Below are positions 49,662 to 58,653 of a stretch of 64,000 nucleotides of DNA, one piece after another. The translations under genes were made by a program, and so were the position numbers. The DNA comes from a virus: the IMG/VR virus record IMGVR_UViG_3300042526_000402, positions 71,861 to 135,860 of that record. The stretch is one strand, 5' to 3'. A model generated the notes under the pieces. It had not been told where the DNA came from. It saw nothing but the letters and a program-made list of their open reading frames with translations, and did not search any database. The number at the start of each line of letters is the position of its first letter. Within the stretch, counting starts at the first letter, position 1.

Positions 49662-50231
49662 TTAACAGTTTTTACATTCAAATTTATTCAAAAGTTTTAA
49701 AGCATAGTTATATAATGTCATACCTTTTTGAGATTCATGACAAAATTCTACTTTAGACTTTGCTGCATCAAGATACATTTTAATCAATCTTAATCTTTCT
49801 AGCTTTTCTTTAACCTTAGCTGGTGGATCACATGCAGCAACTTCTAAGCTACATAAGATTTTTTCATATTTGTTTAATGCTTTTGAAATTCTTAAATGAT
49901 TGTACTGTACAAATACTTGATCATTAGGAGAAACACTGTAGGTAATGTTATATACACCATCCGGTATATCAGAATATGTACTTCCACAACCTTCTTTTTG
50001 TATAGCTAAATCACAAGCTGTAATATTTGTATGACCAAATTCTACAAAGTCTTGTGTCTTTGTTGCACTTAGTTCTACGGAATGAGCAAATCCTGGTACA
50101 CCAATTTGTAATTTAGGACACAGTATTGGAATACTTGGATTACTTGTCTGATATATACTTGTATCAAATATTTTTAATACACAAGTATTCATAACAGTTG
50201 GGACTTCTAAACTTAATACATGATTTGCCAT
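49662..50231 (-). CDS. Putative tail hub/structural protein
   Basis: 189 aa. IFDTSIY and IPDGVYNITYSV motifs. Follows the auxiliary-capsid-like gene as in crAss-like phages. Confidence 0.5.
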   Translation of the reverse strand: MANHVLSLEVPTVMNTCVLKIFDTSIYQTSNPSIPILCPKLQIGVPGFAHSVELSATKTQDFVEFGHTNITACDLAIQKEGCGSTYSDIPDGVYNITYSVSPNDQVFVQYNHLRISKALNKYEKILCSLEVAACDPPAKVKEKLERLRLIKMYLDAAKSKVEFCHESQKGMTLYNYALKLLNKFECKNC

Positions 50232-50243
50232 ATGCTATAAAAT

Positions 50244-50284
50244 AAAAAAAGGAGAGAAGAATTTGAAACTCTCACTCTCCTTTT
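50244..50284 (-). terminator. Rho-independent terminator after the 529-aa gene
   Basis: Minus strand AAAAGGAGAG...CTCTCCTTTT inverted repeat running into a T tract. Confidence 0.75.
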
Positions 50285-50301
50285 AAAGTTTATTATTTTT
50301 T

Positions 50302-51891
50302 TTATGTGATTGCTCCAGGAATGTTCACAACTGATACACAGTTTGTACCACAACTAAATGTTTCTAAACCATCACAGTTATTTCCACAAGCATTTAACCA
50401 AGCTTCAACAAATGTTTTTAAAGCTTGTCCTTGTCCACCATCAGTTGGAGTTACAGTAGATGCAACAATAATCTCTAATAAGTATTGATCATTATCAAAA
50501 GTACTAGATGCATTGTTGAAACGCGGAACATGGTGTTGAATATAAAATCTATTGTAAGATAAATCTCTATCAATAATATCCAACATTTGGTTTCCTTGAG
50601 TAATCTCACGGATACGGAAATCAGAATGGAAGAAGTTTTGTCTGTATCTTTCTGAAAGAATTACATCTCTCAATACAGTTTCACCTAAACCATTTGCTTG
50701 TCTTCCTTGACACTCAGTAATTACACACAATCCTTGGAATGTACATGGGTCACCGTTTAAGTCAGTTTCAGAAGCATACAATCTTACTGGTTCTTTTTCA
50801 TAGAAGTCAGAAACTTGGAATGTACAATCACCAAATTTAGTATCTACATAAGCACCAAATAATGTGATACCTGCATATTGACCAACAACGTGACCAGGAG
50901 ATACATAATTATCCCAAGTACCACCGATTGTATAACCTGCTGGAGGTGTAACACCTGTTAAATCAGAACCTGGTTTGTACCATAATGTATTATTCTCAGC
51001 AGTAACTACAGGATAGATGAAAGGAGCAATTAATGGAGAATCAACAATTTGTTGAGCCCATTTAATATATACCTCAGTAGCATCTACAGCAGTTGGAACA
51101 ATGTTTCCAGTTGGGCAACATCCTGTGTAAGCAGTTAATGTTAAATAAGCATTGTGATTTAAGAATCTTAATGCTGGAGAACCTTTAATATCTAAACGTA
51201 AGTTATATGTTTCACCACATAAGAAATCTTTTTTACAATTATCTTTAGCACCAGCAGTATCTACAGTTAAGCTAACTTCAGTAACAGCACCACCATCAGA
51301 TAATAATTGACCAGCAATTGAAGTTAATGTATCAGCAGCAACATATCCTGTACCACCATTAACAATTTCTACTACAGTAGCTTGACCACCTACAACAGTT
51401 ACTTTAGCAATGAATCCAGAACCTGAACCTCCAGAGAAAGCAATTTCATTATAAACACCATCAACAATGTTTGCACCAACATTACTGATTGTCAAACTTA
51501 ATACTTGGTCATCTGTAAATGGAGTATATCCTACATGGATAACATTTTGAGATGCTGGACAAGCTGGAGCAAAGTAAAATTTGCTTACATACTTAGGGTT
51601 GATTTCTTTAGACTTGTTAGACTCTAAATAACCACCGTGAAAAGGTCCAATTTTATCTTTTTTAAATAAAGAACCTGATGCCAAAATTAATGGACAACAT
51701 CCTGAACCACTGAAAGTAGTTGGTTGAATCAACCAAGTTTTTGGATTAACAAAAGCATACTGCCCAGCTGTTAAAATGTTTCCTGTTGTTCCTAAGACAC
51801 CACCTGCTTTAGCAGTGTAACCTTGTGTACCCGGAGATAAAGCATTTACCCCTACAAAGGATTTTTGAAATGCATGATTAAAATAACTCAT
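50302..51891 (-). CDS. Auxiliary capsid/structural protein with an inserted Gly-rich beta domain
   Basis: 529 aa. SKEINPKY and GETYNLRLDIKG motifs, own upstream TATATTA element and downstream terminator. Synteny with the crAss auxiliary capsid gene. Confidence 0.55.
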   Translation of the reverse strand: MSYFNHAFQKSFVGVNALSPGTQGYTAKAGGVLGTTGNILTAGQYAFVNPKTWLIQPTTFSGSGCCPLILASGSLFKKDKIGPFHGGYLESNKSKEINPKYVSKFYFAPACPASQNVIHVGYTPFTDDQVLSLTISNVGANIVDGVYNEIAFSGGSGSGFIAKVTVVGGQATVVEIVNGGTGYVAADTLTSIAGQLLSDGGAVTEVSLTVDTAGAKDNCKKDFLCGETYNLRLDIKGSPALRFLNHNAYLTLTAYTGCCPTGNIVPTAVDATEVYIKWAQQIVDSPLIAPFIYPVVTAENNTLWYKPGSDLTGVTPPAGYTIGGTWDNYVSPGHVVGQYAGITLFGAYVDTKFGDCTFQVSDFYEKEPVRLYASETDLNGDPCTFQGLCVITECQGRQANGLGETVLRDVILSERYRQNFFHSDFRIREITQGNQMLDIIDRDLSYNRFYIQHHVPRFNNASSTFDNDQYLLEIIVASTVTPTDGGQGQALKTFVEAWLNACGNNCDGLETFSCGTNCVSVVNIPGAIT

Positions 51892-51922
51892 TTTTGTTTT
51901 GTTTTAGTTAATAAATAAATAC

Positions 51923-51934
51923 TATATAATATAG
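51923..51934 (-). promoter_or_regulatory. Candidate late-promoter element TATATTA
   Basis: Minus strand CTATATTATATA about 30 nt upstream of the 529-aa start. Confidence 0.4.
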
Positions 51935-51957
51935 TGAAAGATTTTATAAAATCAAAA

Positions 51958-52410
51958 TTATTTCAAGAAAAGTAATTTATATTTTGCAGAATTCATTGTA
52001 GACTTGATTGTATCAAGATCATTTACTATTTCTGAGTATGGCATTTTGTCTTGTAACTTACATACCATATCACACATATCTTTTAAATAATCTATAGCAT
52101 CAGCAACTGTATCCAACTTTCTTGGAGCAACTTCTGCATAGGATAATAATTTTTCATGAGCACCTTGGAAACTTTCTGCTAAATCATCAGCATGTCCTGG
52201 TAATGCATCATACAATTCATTAAGAGCTTTGTGTGCAGCATAGGAACCAGTACCAGTTACTTTTAAATGTAACTTATGGAAACTAGTTGCAGCATTCATT
52301 AATTCACTTATACAAGCTGCTGTAAGAGATTCTACGTTACCATTAGCCGGAGCTGTAGCATACTCACTACTTGCTTTAGTTGCACTTGGCCTTTTTAACA
52401 TTCTTTGCAT
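51958..52410 (-). CDS. Dps/ferritin-like four-helix-bundle protein
   Basis: 150 aa. FHKLHLKVTG..SYAAHKALNELYD....HADDLAE resembles the Dps ferroxidase H...H..L.E.Y......D..AE pattern. Confidence 0.7.
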   Translation of the reverse strand: MQRMLKRPSATKASSEYATAPANGNVESLTAACISELMNAATSFHKLHLKVTGTGSYAAHKALNELYDALPGHADDLAESFQGAHEKLLSYAEVAPRKLDTVADAIDYLKDMCDMVCKLQDKMPYSEIVNDLDTIKSTMNSAKYKLLFLK

Positions 52411-52412
52411 TG

Positions 52413-53111
52413 TTAATTATTTTTTTCTGATGATTGAGAATTTCTACTGTATTGGTTTGTAGATTCAATATCTCCAGCTATTATTGCTGTAGCATCATCA
52501 ATTAGTAATTCAATTATATCATCTTTAAATTCACATGTTACATCAGCAGCTGCAATAGCATTTGTATAAGGATCTGAGCAGTCTAAAAATTCTACTCTTC
52601 TTGGTTGTCTATAATATATTAATGATAATGCTCCTATAGTAAAATCCCCATTAGTGTAAACATTAACATTATTATTGCTTAGAGTAGCAAAGGTTTCTCC
52701 CCACTCAAAGCTTGGTTGTTTTGCTTTATCTCTTAAAAGTTCAGATACATTAGATTCTTCTGTAAGATAGATCATCATCCTCCGGTTATCACAACAACCT
52801 TTTTCTCCAGTAAAATCTACACGCTTCCATGCTAAATAATTAGTAGGTAAAGCAGCAGAATAAAAAATTTGTTTATTAACAGGAGTCAATTGAGTTGTGG
52901 TGAGTAAAACCTGTAAGTCATCCTTTCTTCTATTAGTTTGCTCATCACCTTCTTTAACAAGATTCAATCCATGAAGTTGTCTTCTTACCCACTCTACCTG
53001 AGCTTTATTAAATGCCTCAACTATTTGCCAACATTGGATGTTGTCGTAATCTTGGCTATCTAATTTATTGAGACGCTGTTTTACTTTTATTTCAATAGTA
53101 CTGTTTAACAT
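52413..53111 (-). CDS. Putative head-tail ring/adaptor protein
   Basis: 232 aa. LNKLDSQDY, FNKAQ, LPTNYL and YYRQP motifs typical of crAss ring proteins. Confidence 0.55.
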   Translation of the reverse strand: MLNSTIEIKVKQRLNKLDSQDYDNIQCWQIVEAFNKAQVEWVRRQLHGLNLVKEGDEQTNRRKDDLQVLLTTTQLTPVNKQIFYSAALPTNYLAWKRVDFTGEKGCCDNRRMMIYLTEESNVSELLRDKAKQPSFEWGETFATLSNNNVNVYTNGDFTIGALSLIYYRQPRRVEFLDCSDPYTNAIAAADVTCEFKDDIIELLIDDATAIIAGDIESTNQYSRNSQSSEKNN

Positions 53112-53114
53112 TTT

Positions 53115-53261
53115 CTATTTGTTTTTAGCCATTGCTTTAAATGTTCTAGCCAAAGCTTTTCTCTTTGGTGTACAAGTAGGTTTGGACATTGGAGTGCAGT
53201 AACCCTTATGTTTAGGGTTAACTGCTTTCTGTATCCAATTCTTATCTTTCTTCTCAGCCAT
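53115..53261 (-). CDS. Small basic protein (48 aa)
   Basis: Not in the ORF track. MAEKKDKNWIQKAVNPKHKGYCTPMSKPTCTPKRKALARTFKAMAKNK, filling the gap between its neighbours exactly. Confidence 0.7.
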   Translation of the reverse strand: MAEKKDKNWIQKAVNPKHKGYCTPMSKPTCTPKRKALARTFKAMAKNK

Positions 53262-53263
53262 TA

Positions 53264-53656
53264 CTAGCACTTCTTTTTAGTAGCACCACCCATTTTTTTC
53301 TTGGTCATTTTAGCACCAGCTATTCTATCTGCTGCAGTAGCTTTAGGGTTTTTATCTACACCAGCTTTAACTGAAAGCATACCAAAAGTAGAACCACCTT
53401 TTTTAAAGCTTGGTCTTTCAGATACACATCCACCAGTAGCAGATCTAACTGTACCTGGAGGGCAAGAATGTTTAACAGCAGTTACTTTAGAACCACCTTT
53501 TTTCATAGACTCCATACCTTGCATATTAGGTCCTGTAGCACCTGCATTAGGGATTCCATATATTTGTCCTTTTGGTGTAGCAGAACCAACAGTAGTCTTC
53601 ATTGTAGAACCTCCTGTTTTATATTTCATACCACCACATTTCATACACTTTGCCAT
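53264..53656 (-). CDS. Small Lys/Gly-rich protein with repeated xKxGG motifs
   Basis: 130 aa. MKCGG, YKTGG, MKKGG, FKKGG, KKMGG. Confidence 0.7.
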   Translation of the reverse strand: MAKCMKCGGMKYKTGGSTMKTTVGSATPKGQIYGIPNAGATGPNMQGMESMKKGGSKVTAVKHSCPPGTVRSATGGCVSERPSFKKGGSTFGMLSVKAGVDKNPKATAADRIAGAKMTKKKMGGATKKKC

Positions 53657-53662
53657 GACTAT

Positions 53663-53809
53663 TTATTTTTTAGTTGCTTTAATTTTCTTTTCTTGCTTCA
53701 GCATTTGAACTGTAGGTTTCTTACCAGAACCTTTATTATCACGGATGTTGTCCCAGAGACCTCTCTGAGACATACTACCGTCTTTTCTTTTTATCATTTG
53801 CTTTGCCAT
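53663..53809 (-). CDS. Small basic protein (48 aa)
   Basis: Not in the ORF track. MAKQMIKRKDGSMSQRGLWDNIRDNKGSGKKPTVQMLKQEKKIKATKK, with a TAATG overlap with the upstream gene. Confidence 0.7.
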   Translation of the reverse strand: MAKQMIKRKDGSMSQRGLWDNIRDNKGSGKKPTVQMLKQEKKIKATKK

Positions 53810-54051
53810 TATTTTCTTTTCAAAGTTCTAACTGGTCTTGCTACAGTTTTTCCTGCAGGAGCTTTACCTGAAGTTACAAAACCACCTAATGCTTTAATTT
53901 GATCTTGTGCTAATTTTTGTACATGACCCATCATCTTAGGATCTTTTTTAATTTCTTCAGCCCTTTTTAAAGTACTTAAAGCAGATTCAATTTCCCATCT
54001 GTCCATTTCTTTTTTTACAGGAGCCGCAATTGTTTTAGTTACTTTTGCCAT
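53809..54051 (-). CDS. Small basic protein (80 aa)
   Basis: ORF track. WEIESALSTLKRAEEIKKDPKMM core. Confidence 0.7.
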   Translation of the reverse strand: MAKVTKTIAAPVKKEMDRWEIESALSTLKRAEEIKKDPKMMGHVQKLAQDQIKALGGFVTSGKAPAGKTVARPVRTLKRK

Positions 54052-54053
54052 GA

Positions 54054-54338
54054 CTATTTCTTTTTAAATAAATTTTTAAAAAATAATTTAATTTTAGTAG
54101 ACAATGATACTGACTCAACTACTATTTCTTTAACTTCATCCTCAATTGTTTCTTCAATTGTTTCTTTGTGTTCAGAAATGAGTTTGGTTGCTTCATATGT
54201 AGCATTTTCAAGTACTGGTAACACTTCTTCAAGAGTTGCTTCAACTTCTTTTACAATTTTTTTTAAAGCTTTTTTTCTTGGAGCTCTTGGAGTTTTTACT
54301 TTCTCAACAATAGCTGCTTCTACTTTTTTTCTTGCCAT
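54054..54338 (-). CDS. Small charged protein (94 aa)
   Basis: ORF track. Basic N-terminus, acidic middle, amphipathic basic C-terminal helix. Confidence 0.65.
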   Translation of the reverse strand: MARKKVEAAIVEKVKTPRAPRKKALKKIVKEVEATLEEVLPVLENATYEATKLISEHKETIEETIEDEVKEIVVESVSLSTKIKLFFKNLFKKK

Positions 54339-54342
54339 AATT

Positions 54343-54380
54343 AAAAATAAATAAGCACCTCCTTATTTACAAGGAGATGC
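54343..54380 (-). terminator. Hairpin/terminator overlapping the stop of the 56-aa gene
   Basis: Minus strand GCATCTCCTTG-TAAA-TAAGGAGGTGC followed by TTATTTATTTTT. Confidence 0.6.
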
Positions 54381-54533
54381 AGTTTTTGGTGCTTTAGAAA
54401 TTCCTCCAACTTTTCCTTTTGGAGATTTGATTGCTTGTACAGCTTTGTTTGTACCACCTACTTTACCTGTTGGAGTTTTTGTAGCCCCCATTAGTTTCTT
54501 AGATTTTGTACCAGTTACATTTGCAGATTTCAT
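54363..54533 (-). CDS. Small basic protein (56 aa) with internal P.GKVGG repeat
   Basis: Not in the ORF track. MKSANVTGTKSKKLMGATKTPTGKVGGTNKAVQAIKSPKGKVGGISKAPKTASPCK. Confidence 0.65.
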   Translation of the reverse strand: MKSANVTGTKSKKLMGATKTPTGKVGGTNKAVQAIKSPKGKVGGISKAPKTASPCK

Positions 54534-54545
54534 TTTTATTTAATT

Positions 54546-55562
54546 TTAAGAGTTCCAATACTTCTCACAAGCCGTGTTCAAGTCTTTTAAAATATCCTCA
54601 TTTAAAGGATTTTTTAAGTGCTCTAATACATCAGATACATTCCTACCTAACAACGCGTTAGTTTTAGTATGATAGATATAACCATCGGCCTTATTAACAA
54701 TATACTTAAAAAATACGGAATCTCTAACAATTGATTTAATTTTTAGTGTTTCCATATCCATATTAGCTGTTTCCATAAAGGTTTTAGCAGCTCTTTCTTT
54801 GTTTGATTCACCAGCTAAACCAGCAATGTAATTATCCATGTTTTCATAGATTACATCATTTGGTGTAGATTTTCTATATTGTGTACTATTGATATCTACA
54901 ACTTTTGCAATGTAGAATAACTTAGTACTATTTTTGTCAAATAATTTCTGCAATTCAGATAGAGCTTTGTTACGTAATTTTTTGTACTCAGTTCTAACCA
55001 TTACAGTTTCTTCTTCTTTATCTAAATAAAACTTAGGTGGAACAGCTTTTGCTCTTGCATCTTCTAAGCTTTTTGAAACTAATGAGAATCCACCAGCTTC
55101 AATTGCATAAAGTTTAATTCTATCATATGGGTCTTTAGGATCCAGGAACACTGGTTCATTACCACATGAAATAAAAATTCTATTCCAGAAGTCAGAATTG
55201 TTTGGTCTTAGTAAAGTTACTTTAGCCCAAAAGTCTTTATCATCAATATCAATAACATTTGCAGCAAGCTCTTGCTCTAACTCTGCAACCGCTAATCTTA
55301 TCTCTCTTACCCTAGCTTCTTTTTCTGCTATAGGAAGTAGTTTGATCTCGGGAGCAAATTCATTTAATCCAGTTACATATCTTACTACACCATTGTTGTC
55401 TAAACAAGCTAATTGCTCATTATGTGTTACTCCATCAAATAAACTCATTCCATAGTCTTCTAATCCCATGTTAGAAGCAGAGTTATCAAAGTAAGGTCTA
55501 ACAGCAATTGCTGTTTTTTTAATTGAGCCTTTTCCGGTCTCAACCATTGTGAAATTTTCCAT
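54546..55562 (-). CDS. Conserved capsid-module protein downstream of the MCP
   Basis: 338 aa. YVTGLNE, P.NSDFW and FLDPKDPYDRI motifs. Position directly after the MCP as in crAss-like phages. Confidence 0.65.
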   Translation of the reverse strand: MENFTMVETGKGSIKKTAIAVRPYFDNSASNMGLEDYGMSLFDGVTHNEQLACLDNNGVVRYVTGLNEFAPEIKLLPIAEKEARVREIRLAVAELEQELAANVIDIDDKDFWAKVTLLRPNNSDFWNRIFISCGNEPVFLDPKDPYDRIKLYAIEAGGFSLVSKSLEDARAKAVPPKFYLDKEEETVMVRTEYKKLRNKALSELQKLFDKNSTKLFYIAKVVDINSTQYRKSTPNDVIYENMDNYIAGLAGESNKERAAKTFMETANMDMETLKIKSIVRDSVFFKYIVNKADGYIYHTKTNALLGRNVSDVLEHLKNPLNEDILKDLNTACEKYWNS

Positions 55563-55595
55563 TATATTGTTGGTTTTGGTTTTTGTAAATTTAAT

Positions 55596-55632
55596 AAAAA
55601 AAATAGGTAGAGGAAACTAATCCCCTACCTAT
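55596..55632 (-). terminator. Rho-independent terminator after the MCP
   Basis: Minus strand ATAGGTAGGGGA-TTAGTT-TCCTCTACCTAT followed by a T run. Confidence 0.85.
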
Positions 55633-55644
55633 CATAGGTATTTT

Positions 55645-57264
55645 TTAGAATGATCCACCAGTGATTGGATTTCTCATAACAATTTTCAATACCTTAGTCG
55701 GATCTTTAACCCAAATAGCAGGCATTGTTTGAGACATCATTACACGGTAACCATTGAACTGACCTGAAGATTGGAACCCTTGAGTTCTTCCCATGTAGTC
55801 CATAGTACCATTTTGATACCACCATTTCAATTGATTATCCCAAGATAATTTCAACAAGTAAATGTTGTCATTAGTATTATCAGTGATATCAAAGATAATG
55901 AATGAGTAAGAAGATAATGGGAAACCATCAATGATTGGATTCTCAATATCATTAGTGTGAACATTGTCAAATGCTGGATTCAATACAAATTTCACGTTAG
56001 CCAAGAATGGGATAACATATGAAGTGTATGCAAATCCAAAGTTCAAGTCCATACCTTTACCAGTGATAGCACCTATATCAGCAGCTTGAATCAATAAACC
56101 AGAAGATACTGCTTCACGTTTGATAGCCTCATTTACCATTCTCATACCACCCATACCAGTTTGTACAACTAATGAGCGTTTTGGATCTGGACCTTGGAAT
56201 TCAACTTTACCATTAAAGAAGTTGTAGATCTCACCACGGAATAAATCCAATGTGAAGTTATTCTTGTTGTAGATTCTTTTGAAAGAGTTATCTAACTGTT
56301 TCCAAAGACCCACTGACAATCTTAAATCATCTGGACCATCTTGTTTGATTCTACCACCTTGTCCCCACATCAAGTATGTCTCAATATCTTGAGCAATCTT
56401 AGATAAGTGAGCAGATTCCATTGTAGTTAAGAAAGTTCTAGATAAATCACCATTGTCAAAAGCTTTTTTAACTTTGTCTTTACCTAATGTCTTAACCATA
56501 TCATCTAAGCTATTGATTGAAGGATCATTTAAGTTTGTATCAAATGTTCTCCAGATCTCAGTTACAGGAACTGTACCATCTGCATTCATACCACCTTTGA
56601 TCATCAAATCTGCTCTAGAAGAAATAGAGTAGTGAACGTGAGCTTCTGCACCTCCTACAAAGTTGTAGAATTCACGGAAACCAGCTCTAGTTTGGATGTC
56701 AGAGAATCTCTCTCCATACTCACCACGTGCGGAACCTTTACGGAATACTTTAGTACCATTAGCTAAGTACTTGTTATCCAAGAACTTGAAGTTATCATTG
56801 TTTACTAACTGTACGGTATAGATAAATCCATCACCTACAGGTAAGATATCTTCAGCTGTTACATAAAGTTCAACACCGTTGTATTTGTCATAGGTGAACA
56901 TATCACCATGTCCAAACTCACGTCTGTTTAATTTAATTCTGAATGTTGAACCCTCAATACCTTTGAATTCATTATCCGGTTCAATGTCCTCAATAATGTA
57001 AGGAAGATCAATAGATACAGGAGTCTGCCATCTATATTCACCTCTTGCATTGTCTACCATAATTACATTCTTTCCACCGAAAGAAGACATTTGGTACAAA
57101 GGCATTTCAACTTTTTGGGACATAGCCCATAAGTCAACCGGACCTAAATCCATTGGTTGAGCATCTTTCAACATGTTTACTAAGTGGTAGGAATCTACGT
57201 GTGAACTTGCATTGTATGCAGTATCACGCAGAAATATACCATTGTTTAAAACTGGAGTTGCCAT
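55645..57264 (-). CDS. Major capsid protein (crAss-like)
   Basis: 539 aa. Order portal-scaffold-MCP, strong terminator downstream, visibly biased codon use (TTC/AAC/ATC/CGT), and C-terminal IWVKDPTK motif typical of crAss MCPs. Confidence 0.85.
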   Translation of the reverse strand: MATPVLNNGIFLRDTAYNASSHVDSYHLVNMLKDAQPMDLGPVDLWAMSQKVEMPLYQMSSFGGKNVIMVDNARGEYRWQTPVSIDLPYIIEDIEPDNEFKGIEGSTFRIKLNRREFGHGDMFTYDKYNGVELYVTAEDILPVGDGFIYTVQLVNNDNFKFLDNKYLANGTKVFRKGSARGEYGERFSDIQTRAGFREFYNFVGGAEAHVHYSISSRADLMIKGGMNADGTVPVTEIWRTFDTNLNDPSINSLDDMVKTLGKDKVKKAFDNGDLSRTFLTTMESAHLSKIAQDIETYLMWGQGGRIKQDGPDDLRLSVGLWKQLDNSFKRIYNKNNFTLDLFRGEIYNFFNGKVEFQGPDPKRSLVVQTGMGGMRMVNEAIKREAVSSGLLIQAADIGAITGKGMDLNFGFAYTSYVIPFLANVKFVLNPAFDNVHTNDIENPIIDGFPLSSYSFIIFDITDNTNDNIYLLKLSWDNQLKWWYQNGTMDYMGRTQGFQSSGQFNGYRVMMSQTMPAIWVKDPTKVLKIVMRNPITGGSF

Positions 57265-57288
57265 TTATATTTATTTATTAGTTACTAA

Positions 57289-58563
57289 TTAAAAAGTACG
57301 TCTGAAAATATTAGTATTCTGACGCTGTATTGTTTTTTGTGGTTTATTTGAAGATGGTCTATCTTCTCCTATACCGGTGTTTGTTGAAGAACTAGATAAT
57401 TTTCTAGACTCTTCAGTTTTCAAGCTTCTTACTGTTTTTTCTACAGCAGCTTTAGAACCTTGTTCTTTTATTCTACTTCTGTATCCTTCTGGATCTTGAA
57501 GTAACCAAAGTGCTTCAGCAATTAAACCATGGTTAGGTTCTACAAACTGATACTTTTCTAACAAGTGTCCTAACAAGTTTGTATTCTTACCAGATATAGA
57601 AGGATAGTTTGGTTGTACTAATCCTGAATAAAGAACACTTTGTGTTTTCTTATCAAGTTTAACTCCCGCAATTTCTCCTGCCGCAAGTGTATTGTATACA
57701 CTATCTGTATAAGCTCTTGCTTGTTTTGTTTGTTGTTCTTTTTTGTGTTCTTGCTCAGCTAATTGTCTTGCAACAATTTCTTCTTGCATTCTATCTAACT
57801 TAGGCTTGAACTGATTTGCTTTTTGTTCTAACTTATTCATGTCAGCCCAATCTTGAATCTCTGATTCAATTTCTTCTGCATTTCCAAAGTTAGTAGCCCA
57901 AAGATATTGTCTAGCAATTTCTTCTTGGTCATGTTCATTAGTAGGATCTAAATCAATAATCTCTTCTACATGAGCAAGAGTTCTGAAAAGACCTTTTAAA
58001 TCTTGTCCACCATCAGCCACATACTTAGCAGCAATTTGAAGTTCTTCAGGAAGAGCATTAAAAAATTCTTTAGGAACTTTTGCTTTTACAGCATTTTCTC
58101 TTTCTTGGAAGTTTGCTTCAAACAATTCTCTGAAGTCTTTAGTACTATATTCTTCTAATGATTTCTCATCATCAAAAGGAATAAGTGTACCTTCTTCAAT
58201 CATCTTTTGAGCTAGATCATAAAGACCATCTTTATCTACTTTTGGTCTTCCGTTCTTAGTACTAGCCTCTTCATTCTGACTAATAAGATTATCTAACTCA
58301 GCAATAGTTTCTTCAACTTCTGCTTTGTCTTCTACTGCTTGAGCTTTTTCTTGAGCTGTAGCAGGTTTGTTGTCAAGGAACGAGGTGTCAATGTTTTCAG
58401 CACTGAACATAGTTTTTGGTTTTTCTTCTGCTTTACCATCTTCTGGTGTCATGATGTTTGCAGCTCCGGGATTACCAAATAGTTCATCAATGTTAACATC
58501 AACTTGTTCTACCGTTGTAGAGTCTTGAATCTGTTCTTCAAGATTAGTTGCTTCTTTATTCAT
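57289..58563 (-). CDS. Putative scaffolding protein
   Basis: 424 aa, acidic and helical with a basic C-terminal tail. Lies between portal and MCP. Confidence 0.6.
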   Translation of the reverse strand: MNKEATNLEEQIQDSTTVEQVDVNIDELFGNPGAANIMTPEDGKAEEKPKTMFSAENIDTSFLDNKPATAQEKAQAVEDKAEVEETIAELDNLISQNEEASTKNGRPKVDKDGLYDLAQKMIEEGTLIPFDDEKSLEEYSTKDFRELFEANFQERENAVKAKVPKEFFNALPEELQIAAKYVADGGQDLKGLFRTLAHVEEIIDLDPTNEHDQEEIARQYLWATNFGNAEEIESEIQDWADMNKLEQKANQFKPKLDRMQEEIVARQLAEQEHKKEQQTKQARAYTDSVYNTLAAGEIAGVKLDKKTQSVLYSGLVQPNYPSISGKNTNLLGHLLEKYQFVEPNHGLIAEALWLLQDPEGYRSRIKEQGSKAAVEKTVRSLKTEESRKLSSSSTNTGIGEDRPSSNKPQKTIQRQNTNIFRRTF

Positions 58564-58586
58564 CTTGTTGGTTTTAGTTTATAATT

Positions 58587-58593
58587 TAATATA
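58587..58593 (-). promoter_or_regulatory. Candidate late-promoter element TATATTA
   Basis: Minus strand CTTATATTAAATT, with the core 23 nt upstream of the scaffold start. Confidence 0.35.
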
Positions 58594-58653
58594 AGCAATA
58601 AACTTGAAAAATTTAAATACTTTTAAAAATTTTTGGGCACTATATAGCTAACC

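Noticed and set aside
54355-54366. Perfect Shine-Dalgarno TAAGGAGGT upstream of the 94-aa gene
   Set aside because: It is about 18-20 nt from the ATG and forms the 3' arm of a terminator-like hairpin. Other genes lack SD sites.
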